DNA from: Cypionkella sp.
GTDB lineage: Bacteria > Pseudomonadota > Alphaproteobacteria > Rhodobacterales > Rhodobacteraceae
DNA: 64,000 nucleotides
Direction of reading: 5' to 3'
Assembly (NCBI GenBank): GCA_034519315.1
Contig: JAXHON010000015.1
Location: forward strand, 37,917-101,916
The first letter of the stretch is position 1, and every line of letters begins with the position of its first letter. Positions 32,872 through 44,487 of this stretch are shown one piece after another. A program made the position numbers and the translations under genes. The notes beneath the pieces were generated by a model. That model saw only the letters and a list, made by a program, of their open reading frames with translations, ran no database searches and was not told the DNA's origin.

Positions 32872-33943
32872 TCACTCTACCAACATTTTCCACGGTGCTT
32901 GCTGGGGATTTTTTATAGTGTCGTCCCAGACTTTCAAAAACAAATGCGCCCCGACAATCGGATAGCTACCGTCATAAAATATGCGATTGCTTGGCGTATC
33001 GTCCTGCACAGATTTAAGATAATTGGCGTAAGGGCTATCGTTAAACTTGAACCCTGATTCGACCATATACAGGGTTCCAGTTTCTTGGCAGACAACCATA
33101 TCGTGGGCATAAAATCCAGGGCCAAGGATTTCACCCATTTTTCGGGTGTGGTGAAATATTTCTGACCGTCTGGGCGCAATCAGTTTATCATATAAATGCT
33201 CAATCAAGCCAGCATTCGCTGGCGTGTCTTTACTATGGACCGACGGCGCACGCTCGGCAGTGTCGCGCGCGCGCACATAACAATGATGGATATGCCCCCC
33301 CACAGCCTGAATACGAAACATAGTGTACCAAGTTTTACCGCCAAAATCTATACGCGTGTCGATAAATCTGGTGTTATAGCGGTCTTCGGAAATGTTGGTA
33401 TTGTCTTTGGTGACGATCACCCGTTTTCCCGACCCCATTTCCAAATTGCTGAACACTTGAGCGCTGTATTGATCACCCGCGCGCACCAGATTTGGCATTG
33501 AGATTCCATGCGCGGTTAAAAAGATATTGGCGCGTTTCTTGTTCGAAATAATACTCGCAGTGCGATGTGTGCAAAAGACCGCATCTGCGCGTCTTTTTCG
33601 ATGCGCCGAATTTCCGCGGCATAAGGCGTTACTTTTTCTTCATTGAACAAATGGACGTAGCGTAATTTCCATGCGCACTGTGCTCTGCCATTTGTTCTTG
33701 GGTCCAAACAAAGTGGCAATCCACGTCATGCTCGGCTAAATAATGGGTGAATTTTGGAAAGTAATCTTCGGTGTAAACTTTGCCTTTGCCCGAAAATCCA
33801 AATCTGGTAAAACCCGTAAATATGACGCGGCGCGATCGGCCCATGGGCTGCGCAACGGGGCCTAATGACGCAATATTGCTGTCGATCCAGCCTTGTGCGC
33901 ATTCTTTAAAAGCGGCGCTAAATGGAACGTCTGTGAATTGCAA
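32872..33943 (-). CDS. AT-rich orphan, possibly ATP-grasp-like, split into three ORFs
   Basis: Consecutive minus ORFs 33629..33943, 33516..33719, 32872..33498; ILGPGFYAHDMVV...LYMVESG segment; start uncertain. Confidence 0.55.
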
Positions 33944-34099
33944 AGCCCGCTCTCGCTTCTGCGCACCGCCTGCGTTTAATCGCGAAGACAGCGATCTAAT
34001 GACCCGTATCTGCGATGCGGTCTAAAATGCCGAAATTCAAGGCTAGGGCCCAACCTTGGTAATGTCAATTTCTTTGCGACCCTATCTATGCCCCCGACT

Positions 34100-34931
34100 C
34101 CATTCAGCGTATAAGCATTATCTCGCTGATAAATCCAATCAACTGGTCGAGGTCGTTTTTAGAGCACTGAAAAGCGTGCGGCGCGGACCCGCCATCACGT
34201 TCAGATAATACATCTCATAGCCGCCCAGGGCCGCCTGCAAGGGGATGATGGCCGCGCAGCACCAGCACGCCTCCAGCGGTTCTTCACGGCCATTGTTTCG
34301 TCCAAAGTGCCATCTTCGGTATAAACCCGCTGCACGCCAAAGCCTGACGCGGGGTTCAAGCGGTGGTAATAGGTTTCCTCCAAATAGGTCATGCGGGGAA
34401 AGTCATCCTCGTCATGGCGGAGCCTGCGGTAGATGGACCAATGCCCTGCACCAGGCGAAAACGGCACTGTCACCAGAAGGGATGAGGCGACATCGCGCCC
34501 CTCCATCGCGATATTGTTGACATAGCGCGTGTTCGTGCCCTGCCCGCGCGGGGTTAATTCGATCCCTTCTGGCCCAAGGCGGGCGGCGGGATAGGCGGCA
34601 ATGGCGGGGGCGGTGCAAATGGCAATGGTGCAATCAGTTGTTGCACGGGCGTCCCATTGGGTGCCCGCTGGGAAAAACAGGCAATGCGGCGGGGTTTTTC
34701 GGCATGGCATCGATCGCCAATCTCGCCCCAGTTTTTGTCCCAGTCATTGCCCGCGCCCATCACCTGCGCGCGCCCCTCGACCATGACCAAAATCGCCTCG
34801 ACGCCATCCATGTGCCGCGAATCGCCGGCTTGCCTGGGCATGAGTGCAAAGCAAACCCCACATAACCCCAGCCCGCGCTGGCGGGCGTTATGTCATGCAC
34901 CAGCCGCCGGCTGCGGTTTGCGGCGATGCAT
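34100..34931 (-). CDS. iolB: 5-deoxy-glucuronate isomerase (frameshifted; ends approximate)
   Basis: EAILVMVEG, RGQGTNTRYVNNI, HDED...LEETYYHRLNP...GFGVQRVYT. Confidence 0.88.
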
Positions 34932-34951
34932 CGCCTACCCCCGATCCAAAC

Positions 34952-35817
34952 TCACGCGGCGGGCAACGCCGCAACTGCTGGGTTAGTGTTTCTACTGGGT
35001 GCGCCGTGGGTGCCTGACCTGTCGATCGCAGCCAGCCCAGAGTAGTCGTGCTGGGCCGCCACCTCTAACACGCTGTAGAAATCAACCGCCCCTTCGGCAT
35101 CCCCAGGCACCGTGAACACCCCGCGCCGCACCCCCTCCAAAAAGGACAGGCCCTGCGTGCGCACGTCGCGCAAAACGTCGGGGCGGATGTTTTTGGCATG
35201 GATATGCCGAACGCGCGCCATATGCCGCTTGGCCAGACGCACAGGATCGCCGCCACCAAAATAGCAATGCCCCGTGTCCAGCAGCAAATGCAGATGCGGC
35301 CCCGTTTTGTCCATCAAACGGTCAATCTCCCATTCCGCCTCGATCACCGTGCCCATATGGTGATGGTAGACCATCGTGACGCCCTGCGCGGCGGTATAGG
35401 CGGCCAGTGCCTCGATTGCGGCGGGAAAGCTGCTCCACTGATCTTCGCTCAAATGCGGGCGCGCGTTGACCGCCCTGCTGTCATCGCCGTGAATGGCGTT
35501 CGAGGTTTCGCAAACGATAACCACCTTGCACCCCATCGCCTTAAGCAGGTCCAGATAGGGCTGGATGGCCGCCTTTTCGCTGGCCAAATCATTGACCAAA
35601 AGGTTGGTCGAATGCCGCGCCCAGATCCTTTCAACCCGCGCGGGCCCAGTTCGGCGTGCAATCCTTCGGGCGTTGTGGGCAGTTTGTGGCCCTTTTCAAT
35701 ACCATCAAAGCCGATTGCAGCGGTTTCATCCAAACATTGTTTCAAGCTGATATGCGCGCCAAGGCTGCGGTCGTCGTCATTTGTCCACGCGATGGGATTT
35801 GTGCCGTAAAGGATCAT
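34952..35817 (-). CDS. iolE: Myo-inosose-2 dehydratase (frameshifted)
   Basis: [35 protein letters not shown]. Confidence 0.92.
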
Positions 35818-35839
35818 GCTCACCTTGGGACCAAACAAC

Positions 35840-37667
35840 AAGCCAACTGATTTTTTGTTCATTTTCTGGTAATCTTGGTATTTTTCTTTAACTTCGTTGC
35901 GCGTCGAGACTTGCGGCACAGCCACATCCCACCACGCGCCGCCCGCCTCGGTGCTGGGCCAAGGGTCGGTGTCAATCACAATCACAACAGGAATGCTGCT
36001 GCCCTTGGCTGCGCGCAATTCGGCCTCTAGCTCGGCAATCGAGGCCACTTTCACCGCCCGCGCGCCCATCGCCCCCGCATGGGCGGCAAAGTCGATATGC
36101 GATGGATTCACGTGGTAGCTGTCATCAAGCAAGTTGTTAAACCCCGCGCCGCCCGTGCCCTTTTGCAGACGGTTGATACAGCCATAGCCGCGATTGTCGG
36201 TGATAACGACAGTAAATGGGATGCCCATCATCACCGCCGTCGCCAGTTCAGGTGAAAGCATGTATAGCTGCCAACCGCCCCAGCATACCGGAATCATCGG
36301 CATTGGGTCGGGCCATTTTGATACCCATCGCGCCTGCAATCTCATATCCCATACAGGAAAATCCGTATTCCATATGATAACCGCCCTGCGGCGCATCCCA
36401 GATTTTGTGCAGCTCACCAGGCATGGTGCCCGCTGCTGACATAACCAAAGTTTGCGGCGTTGCCGTGCGCTGAACAGCCCCGATCACTTGCGCGTCGGAC
36501 GGTAGTCCTACAGCGTTTGGTGCGGCCTTGACAGCGTCTTTTGCCGCCTGCCAACCCGCTTGAAGGGCGGGAATTGGCGGCCATTTTTGCCCTTTTAGCC
36601 CCTCCGTCAACCCATTGATCGCCACCAGCGCATCTGCCGTAAGGCTGATCGCGCCGTGCTTGTAGGCATCATAAGGGGCGACATTGATCGACATGATTTT
36701 GCGCGATGGATTGGCAAACAGCGCCCAAGACCCCGTGGTGAAATCTTGAAACCGCGTGCCGATGCCAATCACCAAATCGGCCTTGCGGCAGACTTCATTT
36801 GCGGCAGATCCGCCCGTCACGCCAACTGGGCCAAAGTTCATGGGATGTGCATAATCCAGCACAGATTTGCCCGCCTGCGTCTCGACAACGGGGATGTTAT
36901 GGGCGGCAGCGAAATCGGCCAAAGCCGTCTCGGCGCCAGCATATATCACGCCGCCGCCCGCCACGATGACGGGGGATTTGGCGGATTTTATCGCGCTGAG
37001 GGCTGCGGTCAACTCGTCTTTATCAAAGGCAGGGCGGCGGATGCGCCAGACTTTTGGTTCAAAGAAAGATGTCCGGAAAATCATAGGCTTCGGCCATGAG
37101 AATCTTGGCGAAATGCCAGACAAACAGGCCCGCAATCGGCAGGGTCAGTCATCACGCGCATGGCGCGAGGCGGCGCGGTTAGCAGCTGCTCGGGTCGCAA
37201 GATACGGTCGAAATAGCGGGTGACGGGGCGAAAGCAATCATTGGCCGAAACCGTGCCATCAGCGAAATTTTCCAACTGTTGCAGCACAGGATCGGGCGCG
37301 CGATTGGCAAAGGCATAGCACCTGGACCTGATCAACAAAGGCCAGGCGATTGACGTCGGCGACTCCGCTGCTGTCATGCCACATTCAACGCCCCTGGCTC
37401 AGTCGAGGGTGACCTACCGCCGTAGACGCGGCGGCGCTTTTGCGCCTTGGCATAGGCAATCGCGGCGTGGGCCATGGTTTGTTCGTTATGGCCGCGCCAA
37501 GTGGGTAGGTCATCGCGGTGCGCATGCAGCGCCTCGCCCAGACCCGCCACATTGCCATGGCCAAAAATGGCCCAAACGCCGTCGATAAACCGCTCGCCCG
37601 TTTCGGTCATTTGAACGGACAGATAGCGCACCATCGCTTGGGCTGCGGTTAGCGTGATCGTTGTCAT
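35840..37667 (-). CDS. iolD: 3D-(3,5/4)-trihydroxycyclohexane-1,2-dione acylhydrolase (several frameshifts)
   Basis: [54 protein letters not shown]. Confidence 0.92.
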
Positions 37668-39587
37668 TTGGCCTCCAGTACGTTTGCGGGCTTCCGTTCC
37701 AGTGGTTGCACATCCGCGCATAGTTCTGTGCCATCTTCGCCACAGCTGTTGCATCATCAACACGGCCCGCCAGCCAATCAGCCCCCACGCCTGCGTGAAT
37801 CGTGCGCCCCACGGCAAAACCTTTGACCAAAGGATATTGCGCCGCAAGGGCAAATGCACTGGCCAATTCGCTTTCCGATTGGCCAAGGCCCAAAATCACA
37901 ATCCCCTGCACGAAAGGATCGCGCGCCGTGATCGCCTCGCAAGTAGCGGCCCATGCGGCATCGGTTTTCATCGGCTCTAACTTCCACGCAATCGGGGTAT
38001 ATGCCAATGTCATAGAACCGCTGGATCAGCCGCGCCGTAGTTGGTGTTATCCACTGCGCGCCCACCTTTGAGGGGATGATTTCCAGCAGCAATTCCAGTC
38101 GGTTACGTCGGCAGGCATGAAAAAGGCGCAGCAAGGTTTCCTCTTGCGCCGCGCGCATTTCTTCTGTGTCATCGGGATGGCAGAAACACAAAACCTTGAC
38201 GATATGCTCCAGCGGCCATTCGCTAAGCCCGCCAAAATCGGGGCCAAGTTCAGGCTCACATGTCAGCGGGCGGGACGAGGGCCATTCCACGGGCTCGCCG
38301 GTCCAGCCACCTGCGCCTGCCGCGCGATGCAGCGCAGATTTGCCCAGACGGTTGTCGCACAATAGTCCAAATCCCGCGCGGCCAGCGGCCACCTTTTGCG
38401 TGGCGTCCAAACACAGCTCTTTGAAACGCGCGATTTTGGCGGGCGTGGCCCCCGCCATCTCTTCTAGCTGCGCGCGGTGGTCAAAGGCAAAAATATGCAA
38501 ATCACCCCATGTTTTGCGCCGATTGGTGGCCCAATGCACCTGCTCTAGCGCGCCATCATGGCGCAGTGCGGGGGTTTTCACGCCGCGCTGCAGGAAAAAT
38601 TGCAGCTCTTCCCAGCTGGGATAGGCAGGCGTGCAGCCATGGCGCGAGACGGCAAAGGCCCCGCAGGCATTGGCATATTTCAGCAGCGCCGTTGGCCAAA
38701 TCTGTCCCGTCCATCAGCCGCGCGGTCAGAGGCCACGCATGAAGCCATCGCCCGCGCCCAAAACGTTGAACACTTCAATGGGAAATCCCGCCCCCATTTG
38801 GCCAGCGTCCAGACTGTCTGGGACCCCGTCCGCCAAAGGCCACAGCCCCCGCAGCGCCGCGTTTGCAGACCAAAACCGCCCCCGTCACCGCCCGCACTGC
38901 CCGCAGCGCAGCCAGCGTATCGGTGCTGCCGCCTGCGATGTGAAACTCCTCCTCAGTGCCGACAATCAGATCAAACATATGCAAATGCGCCTGCAATTTC
39001 GCGGTGACGGCGGCCGATTCAATGAACCGCGCCTCGCCATCGCCATGCCCCGCAAGGCCCCAAAGATTGGGGCGATAGTCAATATCCAGCGCCGTTTGCA
39101 GCCCGTGTTTGCGCGCAAGTGTCAGCGCCTTTAGCACCGCCGCCTCGGTGCGCGGATGCGACAAATGCGTGCCCGTTGCGATCACCGCGCGGGCCGAGGC
39201 GATGAAACTTTCGTCAATATCATCCTCGCAAAGCGCCATATCGGCGCAGTTTTCGCGGTAGAAAATCAACGGGAACTGATGTTCATCGCGAATACCCAGC
39301 AAAACCAGCGCGGTCAGGCGTGCAGGATCGGTGATCACGCCGCGCGTATCCACCCCCTCGCGCGCCAATTCCTCGCGGATGAAACGGCCCATATGTTCAT
39401 CGCCCACGCGGGTGATCAGCGCCGATTTCAACCCCAGCCGCGCCATGCCCGCGGCCATATTTGTCGGGCTACCACCGATGTATTTGTTGAACGAGGCCAT
39501 ATCCTCTAGCCGCCCGCCCACCTGCGCGCCGTAAAGATCGACCGAGGCGCGGCCGATGGTGATCACATCTAAGGTTTTTGCTGTCAT
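37664..39587 (-). CDS. iolC: 5-dehydro-2-deoxygluconokinase with C-terminal DUF2090 domain (several frameshifts)
   Basis: LDVITIGRASVDLYG, GGSPTN, DIDYRPNLW, FAFDHR, VKGFAVGRTI. Confidence 0.92.
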
Positions 39588-39632
39588 AGCGGCCATCCAT
39601 TTGGGGCGGAGAATCGCCCCGCACGCGCATCG

Positions 39633-39649
39633 TGGAACAAATATTCTAT
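39633..39649. promoter_or_regulatory. IolR-type operator upstream of iolC
   Basis: TGGAACAAATATTCTAT, one change from GGAA-N6-TTCC; identical copy at 40499-40515. Confidence 0.75.
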
Positions 39650-39669
39650 TTGCGGCAAAAAGAAAAGCC

Positions 39670-40487
39670 CTACCCGCGCGCGGCCCCCACCGCCACGGCC
39701 AAGGTGATCGCCAGCGCCAAAGTGGCCGACAGCGCGCGAAAAGCGCCAAAATCCACCTCTTGCAAGGTAAGAACCGCCGCAGACAGGGGCGCAAGCGGGC
39801 TGGCGTGGGTGTCGGTCAACGCAACCACGGGAATGCCCGCGCCATGGGCGTGCCGTGCAAGATCGACGGTTTCAGCAGAATAGGGCGCAAAGGAAATGGC
39901 GATCAGCGCATCACCCGCACGCAGGGCATGGCGATGATCTAATTGGCCAATGTATCGATCGTGCAACATTGCGGAAATATTCATCTTTTCCAGCGCATAG
40001 GCCAGATAACTGGCGGCTGGAAAGGCGCGGCGCAGCCCGATGATATGCAGCGTTTGCGCCTGCGCCGGCTCGGCCTACCGCCCGCGTCATCGCATCTTCG
40101 TCCAATGATTTTGTGAGGCTTTCCAACGACAAACGCCCCGCCTCGGTAGATTCCGGCCCAGCAAAACCATTGGGCGTCCACGCCTGCCCCGTTCAAGTTC
40201 GTCGAGTCAACGTGCTGTAATCGGGCCATTTTGCGCCACGTAGAGCGTCACTGAAGCAGCTTTTGCATTTCGGAAAACCCCGAAAAACCAATGGTTTGAC
40301 AAAAGCGCAGCACAGCCGACGGTGGCACATCTGCGCCCGCGGCCACCTCGGCCACGGTCGAGACCGCAATACGGTCAAAATTGGCCAAGATATAATCGGC
40401 ACACTGGCGCAGGCGTTTTGGCAGGCTGTCTAAATCTGCGGCAATTCTTGCCTGCACCTCGTCCAATCTGCGCGGGGCGTCATGCAC
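39670..40487 (-). CDS. iolR: RpiR/MurR-family regulator of inositol genes (frameshifted)
   Basis: LPKRLRQCADYI...VPPSAVLRFCQTIGFSGF HTH; SIS domain ISFAPYS, VVALTD. Confidence 0.85.
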
Positions 40488-40498
40488 GGCAGCAGCCT

Positions 40499-40515
40499 TG
40501 GAACAAATATTCTAT
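40499..40515. promoter_or_regulatory. IolR-type operator upstream of iolR
   Basis: Exact 17-bp copy of the site before iolC. Confidence 0.75.
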
Positions 40516-40523
40516 AGCCATAA

Positions 40524-41024
40524 TCAACCCTTTGCACCGAAACGGTTGATCAACGCCACCTCGACAGCGGCGGGGACGAATTTGCTGACATTGCCCCCCA
40601 GCCGCGCGATTTCTTTGACCAGTTTGCTGGCAATGGCCTGCCTGCGCGCATCGGCCATCATAAAGACGGTTTCCACTGATGAATCCATCGCACGGTTCAT
40701 GCCAACCATCTGAAATTCATACTCAAAATCGGCCACGGCGCGTAGGCCGCGAATAATCACCCCCGCCCCCACATCGCGGGCGCAATCAATCAGCAGGTTT
40801 TCAAACGGATGCACAACAATCTCGCCGCCCGTGTTGGCGACGATTTGCGCGCATTCGGACTGCACCATGGCAACCCTCTCTTCCAATGTGAACAGCGGGC
40901 CTTTGTCGCGGTTGATCGCCACGCCAATCACCAGCCGATCCACCAGCTGCATCGCGCGCTGGATAATATCGGTATGGCCCAAAGTGATGGGATCGAACGT
41001 CCCCGGATAAAGACCAATGCGCAT
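40524..41024 (-). CDS. coaD: Phosphopantetheine adenylyltransferase
   Basis: YPGTFDPITLGH, RGLRAVADFEYE. Confidence 0.97.
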   Translation of the reverse strand: MRIGLYPGTFDPITLGHTDIIQRAMQLVDRLVIGVAINRDKGPLFTLEERVAMVQSECAQIVANTGGEIVVHPFENLLIDCARDVGAGVIIRGLRAVADFEYEFQMVGMNRAMDSSVETVFMMADARRQAIASKLVKEIARLGGNVSKFVPAAVEVALINRFGAKG

Positions 41025-41090
41025 CTGCCCCCCCACGCTTTGCGCCCAAGCAATAATATTGCGCGGCGAAGCGCAAGGCGAAACTGGCCG

Positions 41091-41522
41091 CTAAAAGCCC
41101 TTGATCATGCCTTCCAGCGCGTCTTTTTCCATCGAGAGTTCCGACAGCCGCGCCTTGACCACATCGCCGATGGAAATCAGCCCCACCAGCGCGCCGCCCG
41201 ACACCACGGGCAGGTGGCGAAATCGCCCGTCTGTCATGCTTTGCAGCACGCTATCGGTGCGGTCATCGGGGGTGCAGGTGACCACTTTGCGCGTCATGAT
41301 GCCCGATACAGGGCCAGACAGCGCCGCCGCCCCGCTGCCCGCCACCGCCCGCACGATGTCGCGCTCCGAAACGATGCCGTCGATGGTTTTGCCATCAGTT
41401 GACAGCACAACCGAGCCGATCTTTTTATCCGCCAAAAGCGACGCCAATTCTGCCACAGTGATGCTGGGCGCGGCGGTTATCACGCCCATTGGCTTTTGTT
41501 TAAGAATCAACGAAACCAGCAT
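41091..41522 (-). CDS. CBS-domain protein
   Basis: GIVSERDIVR, RFRHLPVV, ISIGDVVK. Confidence 0.92.
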   Translation of the reverse strand: MLVSLILKQKPMGVITAAPSITVAELASLLADKKIGSVVLSTDGKTIDGIVSERDIVRAVAGSGAAALSGPVSGIMTRKVVTCTPDDRTDSVLQSMTDGRFRHLPVVSGGALVGLISIGDVVKARLSELSMEKDALEGMIKGF

Positions 41523-41586
41523 GACAATCCTCCCAAATTGTCCTTTTCATGCTTGCGGCAATCGGGGCCTGAGTCAAGAAATTATG

Positions 41587-42498
41587 TCAGGACGTTTGTG
41601 CCCCCTCGCGCCGCGCCACCTCGCCCTCAAGGCGCGCCATTTCGGCGCGCGTGCCTGCGATCAGGGCGGCGGCAAAGCGGTTCAGGCGGGCCGCGCGCGC
41701 GTCACTTTCGTGGCGGATCAGCCAAAAGCTGCGGGTCAGGGCGATTTGCGCGGGCAGGATGCGCTGCAATTCGGGCGCGGCGGGCAGGGCAAAATCATGC
41801 ACCACCCCCACCCCTGCCCCGTGGCGCAGAAAATTCAGCTGCACAGACACCGAATTTGACGCAATCGGTGGGCTAGGTGCCCCGATGTCTGCAAGATAGT
41901 CCAGTTCCTTGTCGAAAATCATATCGGCGATATAACCCACAAAGCGGTGCTGCGCCAAATCCTGTCGCTGGGTGATGGGGTTTGCTGTCAGATAGCTGCG
42001 CGATGCGGCCAGATGCAAGGTGTAGTCCGTCAGTTTTTGCACCGTCAGCCGCCCCGCGTCGGGGCGCGAGACCGCCACCGCCATATCCGCCTCGCGTTTG
42101 GACAGGTTGAACACGCGCGGCAAGGCAACCAGCTGCACCTCTAGCCCAGGGTTTTCGTCGCAAATCCGCGCAATCACTTGCGGCAGCAGATAGTTGGCGC
42201 AGCCATCGGGCGCGCCAAGACGGATTTGCCCAATAAGGCCCTTGGGCGCGCGGGCGGCGTCATTGGCGCGCAAAACGGCAGCTTCGGCGGCCTCGGCATG
42301 GGGCATCAGCCCTGCCCCCGCCTCGGCCAAAGCATAGCCTTGCGGGGTTTTCAAAAACAGCTGCGCGCCCATCGCCTGTTCCAGCCGCGCGATGCGCCGC
42401 CCCACGGTCGCAGGATCAATCCGCAGCGCGCGCCCCGCGCCAGACAGGCTCTCGCCCCGCGCCACGGCCAAGAATATGCGCAAATCGTCCCAATCCAT
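41587..42498 (-). CDS. LysR-family regulator divergent from mmsA
   Basis: MDWDDLRIFLAVAR...ATVGRRI, LSKREADMA. Confidence 0.92.
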   Translation of the reverse strand: MDWDDLRIFLAVARGESLSGAGRALRIDPATVGRRIARLEQAMGAQLFLKTPQGYALAEAGAGLMPHAEAAEAAVLRANDAARAPKGLIGQIRLGAPDGCANYLLPQVIARICDENPGLEVQLVALPRVFNLSKREADMAVAVSRPDAGRLTVQKLTDYTLHLAASRSYLTANPITQRQDLAQHRFVGYIADMIFDKELDYLADIGAPSPPIASNSVSVQLNFLRHGAGVGVVHDFALPAAPELQRILPAQIALTRSFWLIRHESDARAARLNRFAAALIAGTRAEMARLEGEVARREGAQTS

Positions 42499-42597
42499 CG
42501 CGCCACCTTTGCAAATTTGCAAAACACTTTTGGGATATTGCCGCTGTTATTAGCAAATTCGCAAGGCTATTCTGGGCAAAATCATAGGGAGACTACC

Positions 42598-44097
42598 ATG
42601 CAAGAGATCGGCCACTGGATAAACGGCAAAATGGTCGCAGGCACTTCGGGGCGCTACGGCGATGTGTTTAACCCCGCGACTGGCGAGGTGCAGGCGCGTG
42701 TGGCGCTGGCCAGCAAGGCTGAACTTGACGCCGCCACCGCCGATGCCGCGCGCGCCCAGGTGAAATGGGGCGCGACCAATCCGCAGCGCCGCGCGCGCGT
42801 GATGATGGAAATGGTGCGCCTTTTGAACCGCGATATGGAGGCGCTGGCGCAGGCGCTGTCGCGCGAACATGGCAAGACCATTCCCGATGCCAAGGGCGAT
42901 ATTCAGCGCGGGCTAGAGGTGATCGAATACTGCGTTGGCGCGCCGCAGCTGCTCAAGGGCGAATTCACCGACAGCGCGGGCCCTGGCATTGATATGTATT
43001 CCATGCGCCAGCCGATTGGCGTGGCCGCTGGCATCACCCCGTTCAACTTTCCTGCCATGATTCCCATGTGGAAAATGGGGCCAGCGCTGGCCTGCGGCAA
43101 TGCCTTTATCCTGAAACCATCCGAGCGCGCGCCAACCGTGCCCCTGATGCTGGCCGCCCTGATGCAAGAGGCGGGCCTGCCTGATGGTGTCTTGCAGGTG
43201 ATCAACGGCGATAAAGAATCGGTCGATGCCATTCTTGATAGCGAGATTATTTCGGGCATCGGCTTTGTCGGATCGACGCCAATCGCCGAATATATCTATG
43301 GGCGCGGCTGTTCAAACGGCAAACGCGTTCAATGCTTTGGCGGCGCGAAAAACCATATGATCATCATGCCCGATGCCGATCTGGATCAGGCCGCCGATGC
43401 GCTGGTGGGCGCAGGTTACGGCGCGGCAGGGGAACGCTGCATGGCGATTTCCGTCGCTGTCCCCGTGGGCGAGAAGACCGCCGATGCACTGATCGCGCGG
43501 CTGATCCCGCGCATCGAAAAGCTAAAGGTCGGCCCCTATACCGCTGGCAATGATGTGGATTATGGCCCCGTTGTCACGGCGGCGGCCAAGGCCAATATCC
43601 TGCGGCTGGTCGACTCGGGCGTGGCGGCGGGGGCGAAACTGGTCGTCGATGGGCGCGGTTTCAAATTGCAGGGCTATGAGGATGGCTTTTTCGTCGGCCC
43701 GCATCTCTTTGACCATGTCACCACCGATATGGAGATTTACCGCAAAGAAATCTTCGGCCCCGTCCTGTCGATGGTGCGCGCCAAAACCTATGAAGAGGCC
43801 ATCGGCATGGCGATGGATCACGAATATGGCAATGGCACCGCGATTTTCACCCGCGATGGCGACACGGCGCGCGATTTTGCCCACCGCATCAATGTCGGCA
43901 TGATCGGCATCAATGTGCCCATTCCCGTGCCGCTGGCCTATCACACCTTTGGCGGTTGGAAAAAATCGAGCTTTGGCGATTTGAACCAGCACGGGCCAGA
44001 TGCGTTCCGTTTTTATACCCGCACAAAAACCATCACGTCGCGCTGGCCTTCGGGCATCAAAGAAGGCGCGAGTTTGAATTTCAAACAGATGGATTGA
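42598..44097 (+). CDS. mmsA: CoA-acylating (methyl)malonate-semialdehyde dehydrogenase
   Basis: ITPFNFPAMIP, LKPSE, GGAKNH, GAAGERCMA, EIFGPV; start MQEIGHWING after GGAG RBS. Confidence 0.95.
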   Translation: MQEIGHWINGKMVAGTSGRYGDVFNPATGEVQARVALASKAELDAATADAARAQVKWGATNPQRRARVMMEMVRLLNRDMEALAQALSREHGKTIPDAKGDIQRGLEVIEYCVGAPQLLKGEFTDSAGPGIDMYSMRQPIGVAAGITPFNFPAMIPMWKMGPALACGNAFILKPSERAPTVPLMLAALMQEAGLPDGVLQVINGDKESVDAILDSEIISGIGFVGSTPIAEYIYGRGCSNGKRVQCFGGAKNHMIIMPDADLDQAADALVGAGYGAAGERCMAISVAVPVGEKTADALIARLIPRIEKLKVGPYTAGNDVDYGPVVTAAAKANILRLVDSGVAAGAKLVVDGRGFKLQGYEDGFFVGPHLFDHVTTDMEIYRKEIFGPVLSMVRAKTYEEAIGMAMDHEYGNGTAIFTRDGDTARDFAHRINVGMIGINVPIPVPLAYHTFGGWKKSSFGDLNQHGPDAFRFYTRTKTITSRWPSGIKEGASLNFKQMD

Positions 44098-44114
44098 CCT
44101 AGACGCCATAAAAT

Positions 44115-44140
44115 AAGCCCGCACCAAAGTGCGGGCTTTC
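44115..44140 (+). terminator. Hairpin terminator after mmsA
   Basis: aagcccgcac-caaa-gtgcgggctt. Confidence 0.75.
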
Positions 44141-44142
44141 CT

Positions 44143-44156
44143 TTGATCCAGATCAA
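44143..44156. promoter_or_regulatory. Perfect FNR/FnrL box upstream of DUF2892 gene
   Basis: TTGAT-CCAG-ATCAA. Confidence 0.8.
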
Positions 44157-44229
44157 AGTTATATTCAGTAAATAATATATGAAAAGTCTTGAACGCCCTA
44201 CATCGGGGCCAATTGAAAAGGGGACGCAA

Positions 44230-44436
44230 ATGTTCAAAACAAACGAAGGTACGATCGACCGCGGCTTGCGCATTGCAGTGGGCGCTGGCCTGCTGATCTG
44301 GTTCTTTTTGGATCAAGGCACGGGCGCGCTGCACTATGCCAAGCTGCTTGGTATTGTGCCCTTGCTGACGGGCCTTGTCGGCAGCTGCCCAGCCTATTCC
44401 ATTTTGGGCATCAATACCTGCAAGATGAAATCATAA
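44230..44436 (+). CDS. DUF2892 (YgaP-like) small membrane protein
   Basis: NEGTIDRGLRIAVG...VPLLTGLVGSCPAYSILGINTC. Confidence 0.88.
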   Translation: MFKTNEGTIDRGLRIAVGAGLLIWFFLDQGTGALHYAKLLGIVPLLTGLVGSCPAYSILGINTCKMKS

Positions 44437-44442
44437 TTGATC

Positions 44443-44487
44443 GGGGCGGGACATCCCCCGCCCCCATTCACTTTGGCCCAAATACCT
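44443..44487. repeat. Hairpin plus TTCACTTTGGCCCAAATAC tail between convergent genes (REP-like or terminator)
   Basis: ggggcggg-acatcc-cccgcccc 44443-44464. Confidence 0.5.

Noticed and set aside
35449-36417. Apparent IolD-IolE fusion ORF
   Set aside because: Region is error-dense; a lost stop codon is the simpler explanation
42178-42597. 140-aa N-terminal extension of MmsA (similar extensions on glgP and ndk)
   Set aside because: Overlaps the divergent LysR gene; a good RBS and ATG sit at 42598
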